Below, in pieces: positions 40,560 to 49,815 of a stretch of DNA of 64,000 bases. This DNA is from an uncultured bacterium (GTDB lineage Bacteria > Verrucomicrobiota > Verrucomicrobiia > Limisphaerales > UBA8199). Position 1 is the stretch's first letter, and each line of letters begins with the position of its first letter. Under the pieces are notes generated by a model. That model did no database searches, was not told the origin of the DNA, and saw only the letters and a program-made list of their open reading frames with translations. A program made the translations under genes and the position numbers. The stretch is taken from the NCBI GenBank assembly GCA_963749495.1, contig CAVVMW010000021.1:736001-800000 (forward strand), given 5' to 3'.

Positions 40560-41987
40560 ATGACACCCACCCTCGCACCGAACCCGGCTTTGGGAAACAG
40601 TGACTGGCCTTTCAACCGCACTTACATCTTCAGCATCTCGCTCATTGCCGCCCTGGGCGGTTTGATGTTCGGATATGACTGGGTGGTGATCGGCGGCGCC
40701 GAGTTGTTTTACGAAAAGTACTTCAAGCTCACCTCGGCGTTGCAGGTCGGCTGGGCGATGAGCAGCGCGCTGGTGGGCGCCCTGGCCGGCGCGTTCTTTG
40801 CGGGAGCGTTGAGCGACAAATTCGGGCGCAAACCGCTCCTGCTGTTTTCCGGTTTCTTGTTCGTGGGCACGTCAATCGGCACCGGTCTGGCCTCCACGTT
40901 TCCTCTGTTTGTCGCCAACCGGCTGCTCGGCGGCATGGCCATTGGCATCGCCTCGAACCTCTCGCCCCTCTACATCGCCGAGATTGCGCCGGCCGCCATG
41001 CGTGGCCGCTTGGTTTCCGTCAACCAGCTCACCATCGCCATCGGGGTCGTGGCGGCACAATTCGTGAATTGGCTCATCGCTCAGCCAACGCCTCCGGGGA
41101 CCATGGCGGATCAGATCCCTTTTGATTCCTGGAATGTGCAAACCGCCTGGCGTTGGATGTTCGGGGTGACCGCCGCGCCGGCGGCGGTCTTCTTTATTTC
41201 CATGTTCTTTGCGCCGGAAAGCCCGCGTTGGCTCGCCAAGAAGGGCCGCTCGGATCGGGCCAGGTCCGTCTTGAGGAAGATCGGCGGCGCTGACTATGCC
41301 GAATTCTCGGTGAAGGACATTGAAGCAACGCTCGTGAACGAGATTGACAAAGTTGACCTGCGCGAACTGCTCGACCCCAAGATGCTCAAAATTCTGCTTG
41401 TCGGTGTGGTGCTCGCCGTCTTCCAGCAATGGTGCGGCATCAACGTCATCTTCCAGTATGGTTCGCGCATCTTCGCCGATGCGGGCTACGCGGTGTCCGG
41501 CATCCTCTTCAATATTGTCATCACCGGCATTGTGGCGGTCCTGATGACGTTCGTGGCGATTGGCACCGTGGACCGTTGGGGGCGCCGCATCTTGATGTTG
41601 AGCGGAGCGATTGGCCTGACGGTCATTTATTTGTTCACCGGCCTGGCCTATCATCTCGGACTCAAAGGCCCGGTTCCTGTTGCGCTGGTTGTTGCGGCCA
41701 TCGCCTGTTACTGCTACTCGCTGGCGCCGATTACCTGGGTCATCCTCTCCGAGATATTTCCCAACCGCATTCGCGGCGCGGCGATGTCGGTCTCAGTGGT
41801 GGCCTTATGGCTCGGCAACTTCCTGCTTTCTCAGACCTTTCCAAAGATGTATCAGAGCCTGGGCCTGGCGAAGTGTTTTTGGGTGTACGCCGGCATCTGT
41901 TTTCTCGGGTTTTTGTTCATCTGGCTGCGGCTGCCCGAAACCAAGGGCCAGACCCTCGAGGAAATCGAACGCGCGTTGGTGGATTAG
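40560..41987 (+). CDS. Sugar porter family MFS transporter (AraE/XylE-like)
   Basis: 'AALGGLMFGYDW', 'SDKFGRK', 'PLYIAEIAPAAMRGRLVSVNQL', 'PESPRWL', 'QQWCGIN', 'PETKGQTLEEIE'. Confidence 0.95.
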   Translation: MTPTLAPNPALGNSDWPFNRTYIFSISLIAALGGLMFGYDWVVIGGAELFYEKYFKLTSALQVGWAMSSALVGALAGAFFAGALSDKFGRKPLLLFSGFLFVGTSIGTGLASTFPLFVANRLLGGMAIGIASNLSPLYIAEIAPAAMRGRLVSVNQLTIAIGVVAAQFVNWLIAQPTPPGTMADQIPFDSWNVQTAWRWMFGVTAAPAAVFFISMFFAPESPRWLAKKGRSDRARSVLRKIGGADYAEFSVKDIEATLVNEIDKVDLRELLDPKMLKILLVGVVLAVFQQWCGINVIFQYGSRIFADAGYAVSGILFNIVITGIVAVLMTFVAIGTVDRWGRRILMLSGAIGLTVIYLFTGLAYHLGLKGPVPVALVVAAIACYCYSLAPITWVILSEIFPNRIRGAAMSVSVVALWLGNFLLSQTFPKMYQSLGLAKCFWVYAGICFLGFLFIWLRLPETKGQTLEEIERALVD

Positions 41988-42012
41988 CGTGATTTATGAA
42001 ACGGTCCACTAA

Positions 42013-42172
42013 GGAGGCTATTCACAATAACATGGACACTATCGCGCCGGGATTTTGACCGCTGGCGAGGCGCGAGCGAGGAGCATACCCGAAGCGGTCT
42101 GTAACGAGCGAGCAACGAAGCCAGCGGTCAAAAGACCAAGCGAGAGTGTTCATGTTATTGTGAATGGCCTCC
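42013..42172. mobile_element. 160-bp MITE-like element with 28-bp TIRs and TAA flanks
   Basis: ggaggctattcacaataacatggacact / agtgttcatgttattgtgaatggcctcc; TAA at 42010-42012 and 42173-42175; internal ttttgaccgctgg / ccagcggtcaaaa. Confidence 0.7.
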
Positions 42173-42621
42173 TAAGGCGAACCGGCTCGTGCCAATTGGG
42201 CAGCGGCTGCTTTGGCGTTTGCATTTCCTTTCGCCGCGGCGGCATCAATCTCAAGCTTAAGCTGGGCCAGGCTGGACAATGCGGCATTTTGCTGCGCCGC
42301 CTCCCCGCAGAGACTCGTTACTTTGCGCATCCCGGTAGCGGCCGCACTGTAGTCCTTCGCTTCCCAGCAGGAGAGCGCATGCTTGGCGTTGTTCCTGATG
42401 TAGGGATTCGGGTCTGTGCAGAGGCTTTTCAGCCCATCCTTGGAGGTTTCGGGCGTGGCTCCTGCACCCGGAGCACGGGCACCGCCTTGGGCCGCCGCGG
42501 CCGCGGGGTCGGCGGCGGCTTGGCCGGTTGGGGGCTCAGGCATCTTCGATTCGGTCGTCTTCCGGTGGCAGCCTGCGAACACAACCGCGAGCGCCAGGGG
42601 AAGCAGCAGTGGAGTCCTCAT
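42172..42621 (-). CDS. Small lipoprotein
   Basis: Lipobox 'VFAGC', Ala/Pro linker, helical C-terminus; co-oriented with the prepilin-like gene. Confidence 0.7.
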   Translation of the reverse strand: MRTPLLLPLALAVVFAGCHRKTTESKMPEPPTGQAAADPAAAAAQGGARAPGAGATPETSKDGLKSLCTDPNPYIRNNAKHALSCWEAKDYSAAATGMRKVTSLCGEAAQQNAALSSLAQLKLEIDAAAAKGNANAKAAAAQLARAGSP

Positions 42622-42654
42622 GGGTTTTTCGCGCGGGCGCGGCTTCCGGGTCAG

Positions 42655-43413
42655 TCACCACCAGAATTGCGGCTCGAATCCCGCACTGGTCCGCACTCTC
42701 ATTCCAGGGAATTTCTGCCAGGCAATATGGCCATCAAGATAAAGCAGGTTGCCCCCCGCCGGCCGCGCCCCAGAAGCATGCCCCACCTGGCCGGCGCCCC
42801 AATTCTCGAGATGGCTGGTCCGGTGCGGTTCGACCCAGCCCCCGATGATTTGGGTGAATGAGCCGCCGCCGGCGTACGATCCATCCGCTCGGGTGCCGGC
42901 GTTCTCCGAGCAGGTGGCGTCGGCCACAAGGACTGACTGTGCCACGTTTGTGTTCAGGCCGGTCGTCAATCGCTGCTGGGCGTACTTGGCATCGACCCCT
43001 CCAACGCCCTTCATCCAAAAGCTGTAGCCCAGGACGAAGTAACCGTACTCTTGGGACCAGTTGAGATAGAGCGTGTCATTATCCTGAACCGCAGCCGAGG
43101 GGCAGTAGAGCACATGCCGCTGCATGCCTGTGCGGAGCAGGTTGGTGACGGTCGCGTTAGGCAGGTCCCACGGCCAGTTGCTGGGCCCATTGACTTCCGG
43201 CAACCGGTCCCGGTTGTCATCCGCGTAAATACGCATGGCGAGGCCGATTTGGTGCAGGTTGCTGGCACACCGGGCGCGGTTTGCCCGTTCCTTGGACTTT
43301 GACAATGCGGGGAGAAGCATCGCCGCCAGGATCGCGATGATGGCGATAACGACCAGCAACTCGATGAGCGTAAAAGCAGATCCTTCGCTCGGGCGTTTCC
43401 GATTCGTTTTCAC
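42655..43413 (-). CDS. Prepilin-type N-terminal methylation protein with H-X9-DG motif (DUF1559-like)
   Basis: '[45 protein letters not shown]', C-terminal '[13 protein letters not shown]'. Confidence 0.92.
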   Translation of the reverse strand: MKTNRKRPSEGSAFTLIELLVVIAIIAILAAMLLPALSKSKERANRARCASNLHQIGLAMRIYADDNRDRLPEVNGPSNWPWDLPNATVTNLLRTGMQRHVLYCPSAAVQDNDTLYLNWSQEYGYFVLGYSFWMKGVGGVDAKYAQQRLTTGLNTNVAQSVLVADATCSENAGTRADGSYAGGGSFTQIIGGWVEPHRTSHLENWGAGQVGHASGARPAGGNLLYLDGHIAWQKFPGMRVRTSAGFEPQFWW

Positions 43414-43561
43414 GGGAACCGACAGGCGGCGTTTTTCGTTATCCAGTCACGGTCTTTCGTTTCTCGGCCTGCCGCGGACTAGCCGCTTGGGCCGATTTGC
43501 CGATCACACAGGCGTTATCGGACCACCCGGTTTCGGCGACTTGATTCGTGCTGGCTGTTCT

Positions 43562-43575
43562 CGTAAACGTTTTCA
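43562..43575. promoter_or_regulatory. LacI-family operator-like site 1
   Basis: CGTAAACGTTTTCA. Confidence 0.55.
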
Positions 43576-43948
43576 CAAACGGTGTCAACCGGATTCTTTC
43601 GCTTTCGCGGCAGAATCAGGAGAATTGGCCGGCAACCGAACCGGCCGTGAAGAGGCACGTGCCCGATTCCCAATGGCAAACGGAACACGCAGGCGTTTCC
43701 GCGGAGAGTTGCGCCATCCCCACGGCAGGCGGGCAGGTGGGCGGCGACGGGCCTCCGACCCGGAGTTCGCGTGGCGGCCGGATCGCCACTGCCTGGCGGA
43801 CTTTGCTCTGGACTCGCTCCCATCGGTTTTGGGGATGTGGCATTTGGCGCACAGATTCTGCCACCGAGCCACAAATCCTTGGTGTCGCGGTGGTTGCATC
43901 TGGCGGCGGGTGGCTCGCGTTAGCGAAGAATTCCGCTTGCGGTTCTTT

Positions 43949-43962
43949 CGGAAACGTTTACA
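43949..43962. promoter_or_regulatory. LacI-family operator-like site 2
   Basis: CGGAAACGTTTACA. Confidence 0.55.
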
Positions 43963-44188
43963 AGGAAATCCAGCATGAAGCAGCCGGCACAAATCAGGCC
44001 ACCGAATCCGGGTGGCGCCATAACCATGGATCCAGCTTCGATGAAGACGCGAGGCTCTCTAAAACAAACCAGCCCGGCATTGAAGGTTGAAGTCAGATCG
44101 TCCTGAATGTGCGCCGTTGAGATCGCTTTTCCTCCCTTGGGCGCCAGACTGAAATAGCCGCAAACTAAGAGACGTGCCCGCCAGAAAC

Positions 44189-44202
44189 TGTAACCGTTTA
44201 CA
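44189..44202. promoter_or_regulatory. LacI-family (RbsR-like) operator-like site 3
   Basis: TGTAACCGTTTACA, 12 bp upstream of the transporter ATG. Confidence 0.65.
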
Positions 44203-44214
44203 ACTGCCAATATT

Positions 44215-45231
44215 ATGTTGATTGTCGAATCCTACCCCCTCGCCATCGCGATGTGTTTGATCACCATGCTTTGCTGGGGTTCCTGGGCCAACACTCAGAA
44301 GCTCGCCAGCAAAGAATGGCGTTTCCAGCTCTTTTATTGGGACTATGCCATCGGCGTGTTCTTGTTGGCGCTGCTGCTGGCCTTCACCCTGGGCAGCAGC
44401 GGCGCCGGCGGCCGGGGCTTTCTGGCCGATCTCAAGCAGGCGGACAGCCAGTGGCTCGGGAGCGCTTTTCTGGGCGGAATCATCTTCAACCTGTCGAACA
44501 TTCTGCTGGTGGCGGCCATTGACATTGCCGGCATGGCGGTGGCGTTTCCGGTGGGTGTCGGGCTCGCGTTGGTGCTCGGTGTCATCACCACCTACCTTTC
44601 GACCAAGGTAGGGAATGTGCCAATGCTGGGTGTGGGGGTGGCGGCCGTCATGGTCGCGATCATCCTCGATGCGCTGGCCTACAAACGTCTGGCCAGCGGG
44701 GGCCAGAAAACCCCGATGAAGGGCATTGTCATCTCCATCGCGGCGGGCGTATTGATGGGCTTTTTCTACAAGTATGCGGCCCAGGCGATGGGGCAAATCG
44801 ATCCCGTCGCGAACACGCTGGAAGCCGGAAAACTCAGCCCCTACACAGCCATTGTGCTGTTCAGTTCCGGGCTGTTGCTCTCCAATTTGCTATGGAACAG
44901 CATCATGATGATCAAGCCCTTTGCCGGGCCCCCGGTGCCCTTTGGCGACTATTTCACCAAAGGCAATGCGCGGCTCCACCTGGTCGGCATCCTGGGCGGG
45001 ATGATCTGGAACGTCGGCATGTCCTTTAGCATCATCGCCAGCACCAAGGCCGGCGCCGCCCTCTCCTATGGCCTCGGCCAGGGCGCGACCATGATCGGCG
45101 CCTGCTGGGGAGTATTCATCTGGAAGGAATTCAAAGGCGCGCCCAAGGGCACCAACGGTCTGTTGGCCGCGATGTTCCTGTTCTATCTCATCGGCTTGGC
45201 GGTGTTGATCCTCTCCAAGCTCAACTCCTGA
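44215..45231 (+). CDS. GRP/ureide-permease-like DMT sugar transporter (putative ribose uptake)
   Basis: 'ITMLCWGSWANTQKL..WRFQLFYWDY', 'AIDIAGMAVAFPVGVG', 'SYGLGQGATMI..WGVFIWKEF'; next to rbsK. Confidence 0.85.
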   Translation: MLIVESYPLAIAMCLITMLCWGSWANTQKLASKEWRFQLFYWDYAIGVFLLALLLAFTLGSSGAGGRGFLADLKQADSQWLGSAFLGGIIFNLSNILLVAAIDIAGMAVAFPVGVGLALVLGVITTYLSTKVGNVPMLGVGVAAVMVAIILDALAYKRLASGGQKTPMKGIVISIAAGVLMGFFYKYAAQAMGQIDPVANTLEAGKLSPYTAIVLFSSGLLLSNLLWNSIMMIKPFAGPPVPFGDYFTKGNARLHLVGILGGMIWNVGMSFSIIASTKAGAALSYGLGQGATMIGACWGVFIWKEFKGAPKGTNGLLAAMFLFYLIGLAVLILSKLNS

Positions 45232-45283
45232 AGCGATCGCCCGCAAATAGCATGCCCAACCTCCAATTGTGAAAACCAAGTCT

Positions 45284-46240
45284 ATGGCAAAACCCAAAAT
45301 CCTCGTCGTCGGCAGCTCGAATACCGACATGATCATCAAGCTCGACCGCATCCCGCAGCCGGGCGAAACTATCCTGGGCGGCGAGTTTACCACTGCCGCC
45401 GGGGGCAAGGGCGCCAATCAGGCGGTGGCCGCGGCCCGCGCGGGCGGGCAGGTTACCTTCGTCGCTCGGGTTGGCCGGGACATGTTCGGAGAGCAAGCCG
45501 TCGCCGGATTTGTTAAAGACGGCATCCAGGTTGAATACGTGACCCGTGACCACGCCGCGCCCTCCGGCGTGGCGCTCATCTTTGTGGCCAAAGACGGCGA
45601 GAATAGCATCGCCGTGGCGGGCGGGGCCAACGGCGCGCTCTCACCGGCCGACGTGAAGAAGGCCAAGGGGTCCATCGCCGGCGCGAGCGCCGTGGTGATG
45701 CAGCTTGAAACGCCGCTGGCCACCGTGCAGGCCGCCGCCGAACTGGCGGCCCGGGCGAAAGTGCCCGTGATCCTGAATCCGGCCCCGGCGCGGGTCTTGC
45801 CCGACAAACTCCTCAAGCTGGTTTCCATTCTCACGCCGAACGAGACCGAGGCCGAGTTGCTCACCGGCATCGCCGTCACTGACCAGGCCACGGCAGCGCA
45901 GGCAGCCGACGAGCTTCGGGCTCGGGGCGTCCAGACCGTCATTCTCACGCTGGGCGCCCGTGGCGCGTTCGTCGCTACAGCTTCGACCCGCGAACTCGTT
46001 CCCGGTTTCCGGGTGAAGGCTGTGGATACTACCGCTGCCGGAGACGTCTTCAACGGGGCGCTGGCGGTCGCGCTCGGCGAGGGCACGCCGCTGATCCAGG
46101 CGGTCCGCTTTGCCAATGCCGCCGCGGCGATTTCCGTAACCCGGCTGGGGGCCCAACCTTCCGCGCCGGCTCGCAAGGAGATCCAGCGGCTGCTGGCCAA
46201 GGCAAAGACCCCGCCCCGCGCAGGCGCTCCCGAGGGGTAG
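45284..46240 (+). CDS. rbsK: Ribokinase
   Basis: 'VVGSSNTDM..PGETI..GGKGANQAVAAAR', 'LNPAPA', 'PNETE', 'VDTTAAGDVFNGALA', 'GAQPSAP'. Confidence 0.95.
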   Translation: MAKPKILVVGSSNTDMIIKLDRIPQPGETILGGEFTTAAGGKGANQAVAAARAGGQVTFVARVGRDMFGEQAVAGFVKDGIQVEYVTRDHAAPSGVALIFVAKDGENSIAVAGGANGALSPADVKKAKGSIAGASAVVMQLETPLATVQAAAELAARAKVPVILNPAPARVLPDKLLKLVSILTPNETEAELLTGIAVTDQATAAQAADELRARGVQTVILTLGARGAFVATASTRELVPGFRVKAVDTTAAGDVFNGALAVALGEGTPLIQAVRFANAAAAISVTRLGAQPSAPARKEIQRLLAKAKTPPRAGAPEG

Positions 46241-46407
46241 TTGGTCAAGGGCGGCGCCCTTGCTCAAACCCCTTCCTCGGGCGCTCTCCCGCCGCCAGTC
46301 AATTTCGCCCGAACTCCGCGAATAATTCCGCAAAAGTGAACGAACAACGAACGAGTAAAAAAAGCAAACCACAACCCAAGAAACAAACCACAGACAAGCA
46401 AAGCCGT

Positions 46408-49400
46408 ATGAAAACCAATGGAAACATCAGCATGCTCGCCGCCTGCCTGGCCGGCGCATGCTTTTTCAGCAGCCAGGCAACTGCCGGCACACTGATCGGC
46501 AGCACGGCCACGGCCCCGGCAACGGTCAACCTGACTGCGGAAGGCGCGCTGGACTGGGCGCACTGGGGTTTGACGGTGCCAACCGATTTCGATCAAAAGG
46601 AGGGGGGCACAAATCAAATCAGCAACTACACGCAAATCACCGTGTTGCCAAACGCCGATGCGGTTCATCAATTTGGCAATGCGCCAACCGCCTATTCCTG
46701 GAGCGATGGCACGCCCGACCCAAGTGCGGACCCCGGCTCAACGACCGGGATCTACACCGGCACCGTCAGCAACGGTTTCCAAATCACCGTCGCGGCGGAC
46801 ACGACGAAGAAGGTTCTCAGGGTATATGCCGGGGCCTGGAATTCGCAGGTCCAATTTGAGGCCACCCTCAGTGACGGCAGCGCCCCTGCCTATACGGATG
46901 AGAGTCTTATCAACTTTACCGGCAACGGAGTCGCGGCGGTCTATACGATAGAGTATGCCGCAAACTCGCCCGGCCAGACCCTTACGATCACGTTTTATTC
47001 GATTGCCTTCACGAGCTCTTCCCAGGCTGGCAACTGCACGCTCATGGCGGCTTCGCTCTTTAGCGCGTCGCCGTGCATTGTGAATCCGCCTGCTTCCCAG
47101 ACGAATTATCCAGGGCACACCGCGCAGTTTACGGTCCAGGCCGAGGGTTGGTCACCGTTGGCTTATCAATGGTGGAAGGAATCGAACGGTGTCTATGCCC
47201 CGCTTGCCGAGGGAGGTCAAATCTCCGGCTCGACGACGCCGAGTTTGACCATCAGCAACCTGGTGCCGGCCAATGCGACAAATTACATCGTCACGGTCAC
47301 CAACGTTTACGGCGCGGCCACGAGCAGCGCAGCCACGCTGGCCTTTTTGCCAATCATTGGAGCCCTGAACGGCAGCGCGGCCCCAGCCCCGGCAACAGCC
47401 AACCTGACCGCGGAAGGCACGCTGGACTGGGCGCACTGGGGTTTGAGCGTCGCAACGGATTTCGACGATAAGGAGGGAGGCGGAAATCAAATCAGCAACA
47501 TCACCCTATTCGGCCCCAGCCAAAACGGTCCGTTTCAGTATGGCAATGCTCTAGTCGCATACTCCTGGGGCGATGGCGCTCCCGACACAACAGCGGCTGG
47601 CACGGCGACTGGGATTTATTTTAACAACTTGGACGACGGTTACCAAATCACCGTCCCGGCGGACACCACGAAGCGGATTCTCAGGGTGTATGCGGGGGGT
47701 TGGAATTCGACGGTCCATTTTGACGCCGCGCTCAGTGACAAAAGCGCCCCTCCCTACATTGATGAGAGTCTTGTCACTGCCGGCGCGAACCAGGCTGCGA
47801 ATGTTTATACGATAGATTATGCCGCAGCCTCGGCGGGCCAGACCCTTACCATTACAGTTTACAATTTAACAAGCGGTGGCAACTGCACCCTCATGGCGGC
47901 TTCACTGTCTGGCCCCTCGCCGAACATTGTGAATCCACCCGCTTCCAAGACGGCTTACCTGGGGTACAGCGCGCAATTAACGGCACAGGCGGAGGGTTGG
48001 TCGCCCTTGGCTTACCAATGGTGGCGGGAATCGAACGGTGCCTACACCCCCCTTGCCGACGGAGGCCAGGTCTTCGGCTCGACGACACCGACTCTGACCA
48101 TCAGCAACCTCGTGGCCGCCAATGCGACAAATTACATCGTCACGGTCACCAACCTTTATGGTGCGGCCACGAGCACTGTAGCGGCTTTGACCGCTGCTCC
48201 CATCACCGGAGCCTTGAACGCCAGCGCAGCCTCCGCCCCGGCAACAGCCAACCTGACCGCGGAAGGCACGCTGGACTGGGCCCACTGGGGTTTGAGCGCG
48301 GCAACCGATTTCGATGACAAGGAGGGAGGCGGAAATCAAATCAGCAACATCACGCTAATCGGCCCGAGCCAAAACGGCCCGTTTCAATATGGCGGTGCGC
48401 TGGTCGCATACTCCTGGAGCGATGGCACTCCTGACACAACAGCCGATGGCACGGCGACTGGGGTTTATTTTAATAACTTCGACAACGGTTACCAGATCAC
48501 CGCGCCGGCGGATACTACAAAGAGGATTCTCAGGGTATATGCTGGCGGGTGGAATACAACGGTCCACTTTGAGGCCTCGCTCAGTGACAAAAGCGCCCCT
48601 CCCTACATTGATGAGAGTCTTGTTACTGCCGCCAATGCCTCCCTCGCCAATGTCTATACTATAGAGTATGCCGCAGCCTCGCCAGCCCAGACCCTTGCCA
48701 CTACAGTTTACGGTATCACAGGCAATGGGAACTGCACCCTCATGGCGGCTACACTGAGCGGCCCGGAGCCGCGCATAACGGGCCAGCCTCCTTCGCAGAC
48801 GAATTGGATTGGGCAGAACGTACAACTCTCAGCGAGTGCCTTGGGTTGGCCGGTCCTGGCTTATCAATGGTGGCGGCAAGCGAACGGTGTCTATGCCCCG
48901 CTGGCCGACAGCGCCCAGATCTCAGGTTCCACAACGCCGACTTTGGCCATCGGCAATCTGGTGTCTGCCAACGCGACAAATTACTATGTCGTGGTCACCA
49001 ATGCCTACGGCGCGGCCACCAGCAGTGTGGCGAATTTGACCGTTTTGCCGCTCACCGGAACCTTGCAGGGCGCAGTAAACCCGCCCCCACCCGCGAACTC
49101 GGTCGTTAACCTCACTGCCGAAGGAACGCTGGACTGGATCAACTGGGGTCTTGTTGACCAAACCAGTATCGATCAAAAGGCGGTGTCAGGAGTCCCAGCA
49201 GGCCTGATCAGCACCTGGTCGCCGTTTGGCCCCACTCCCGCCTACACCGGTGATGATACCACCGATCTGCAATACAGTTTTTCGTGGACCGATGGCACGC
49301 CCGACGCAACAATCACCACGCCAGCTCATTATGTATATGCGGGCAGCTTGGGCGTAGGTTACCAAATCACCGTCCCGGCGGACAAAACCAAGAAAGTTTT

Positions 49401-49809
49401 GAAGTTATATTACTCCCTCTGGAATTGCACGGCCCGCGTTATGGCCACCCTTAGTGACGATAGCGCGCCTCCGGTTATTAACGATTCCCTGAATTCTGGA
49501 GGGGTCACTACGGGTGTCGCGTCGATAGAGTTTGCCGCAGGTTCCGCCAACCAGACCCTCACTGTCACAATGTATGACTTTTTGGGCGCTGGCAACGTCG
49601 GCATGAACGCGGCTACACTGTCGCTTGCACCCCTTTCACCGCCGACGCTGCAGTTGAGCCGATCGGGTTCGGGTCTGCAGTTAGCCTGGCCGTATGGCAC
49701 GCTGCTGCAAGCGACCAACTTGAGCGGGCCGTGGACGACAGTCACGGCTGCTTCACCGTACACCGTCACGCCGAGCGCGCCTCAAATGTTTTATCGGGTG
49801 AAGGAATAA
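46408..49809 (+). CDS. Secreted repeat protein: four 'NLTAEG.LDW.HWG' domains alternating with three Ig-like domains, C-terminal FYR domain
   Basis: Signal peptide; ~849-bp period (47401 vs 48250); Ig motif 'PLAYQWW...TLTISNL...NYIVTVTN.YG'; ends 'QMFYRVKE'. Confidence 0.8.
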   Translation: MKTNGNISMLAACLAGACFFSSQATAGTLIGSTATAPATVNLTAEGALDWAHWGLTVPTDFDQKEGGTNQISNYTQITVLPNADAVHQFGNAPTAYSWSDGTPDPSADPGSTTGIYTGTVSNGFQITVAADTTKKVLRVYAGAWNSQVQFEATLSDGSAPAYTDESLINFTGNGVAAVYTIEYAANSPGQTLTITFYSIAFTSSSQAGNCTLMAASLFSASPCIVNPPASQTNYPGHTAQFTVQAEGWSPLAYQWWKESNGVYAPLAEGGQISGSTTPSLTISNLVPANATNYIVTVTNVYGAATSSAATLAFLPIIGALNGSAAPAPATANLTAEGTLDWAHWGLSVATDFDDKEGGGNQISNITLFGPSQNGPFQYGNALVAYSWGDGAPDTTAAGTATGIYFNNLDDGYQITVPADTTKRILRVYAGGWNSTVHFDAALSDKSAPPYIDESLVTAGANQAANVYTIDYAAASAGQTLTITVYNLTSGGNCTLMAASLSGPSPNIVNPPASKTAYLGYSAQLTAQAEGWSPLAYQWWRESNGAYTPLADGGQVFGSTTPTLTISNLVAANATNYIVTVTNLYGAATSTVAALTAAPITGALNASAASAPATANLTAEGTLDWAHWGLSAATDFDDKEGGGNQISNITLIGPSQNGPFQYGGALVAYSWSDGTPDTTADGTATGVYFNNFDNGYQITAPADTTKRILRVYAGGWNTTVHFEASLSDKSAPPYIDESLVTAANASLANVYTIEYAAASPAQTLATTVYGITGNGNCTLMAATLSGPEPRITGQPPSQTNWIGQNVQLSASALGWPVLAYQWWRQANGVYAPLADSAQISGSTTPTLAIGNLVSANATNYYVVVTNAYGAATSSVANLTVLPLTGTLQGAVNPPPPANSVVNLTAEGTLDWINWGLVDQTSIDQKAVSGVPAGLISTWSPFGPTPAYTGDDTTDLQYSFSWTDGTPDATITTPAHYVYAGSLGVGYQITVPADKTKKVLKLYYSLWNCTARVMATLSDDSAPPVINDSLNSGGVTTGVASIEFAAGSANQTLTVTMYDFLGAGNVGMNAATLSLAPLSPPTLQLSRSGSGLQLAWPYGTLLQATNLSGPWTTVTAASPYTVTPSAPQMFYRVKE

Positions 49810-49815
49810 TTGAAA

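Noticed and set aside
43420..44210. Riboswitch or sRNA in the long divergent intergenic region (also 14750-15200)
   Set aside because: No recognisable conserved riboswitch motif by eye; an Infernal/Rfam scan would be needed
46500..49400. Diversity-generating retroelement template/variable repeats
   Set aside because: Repeats are in-frame domain duplications without adenine-specific variation, and no reverse transcriptase is present
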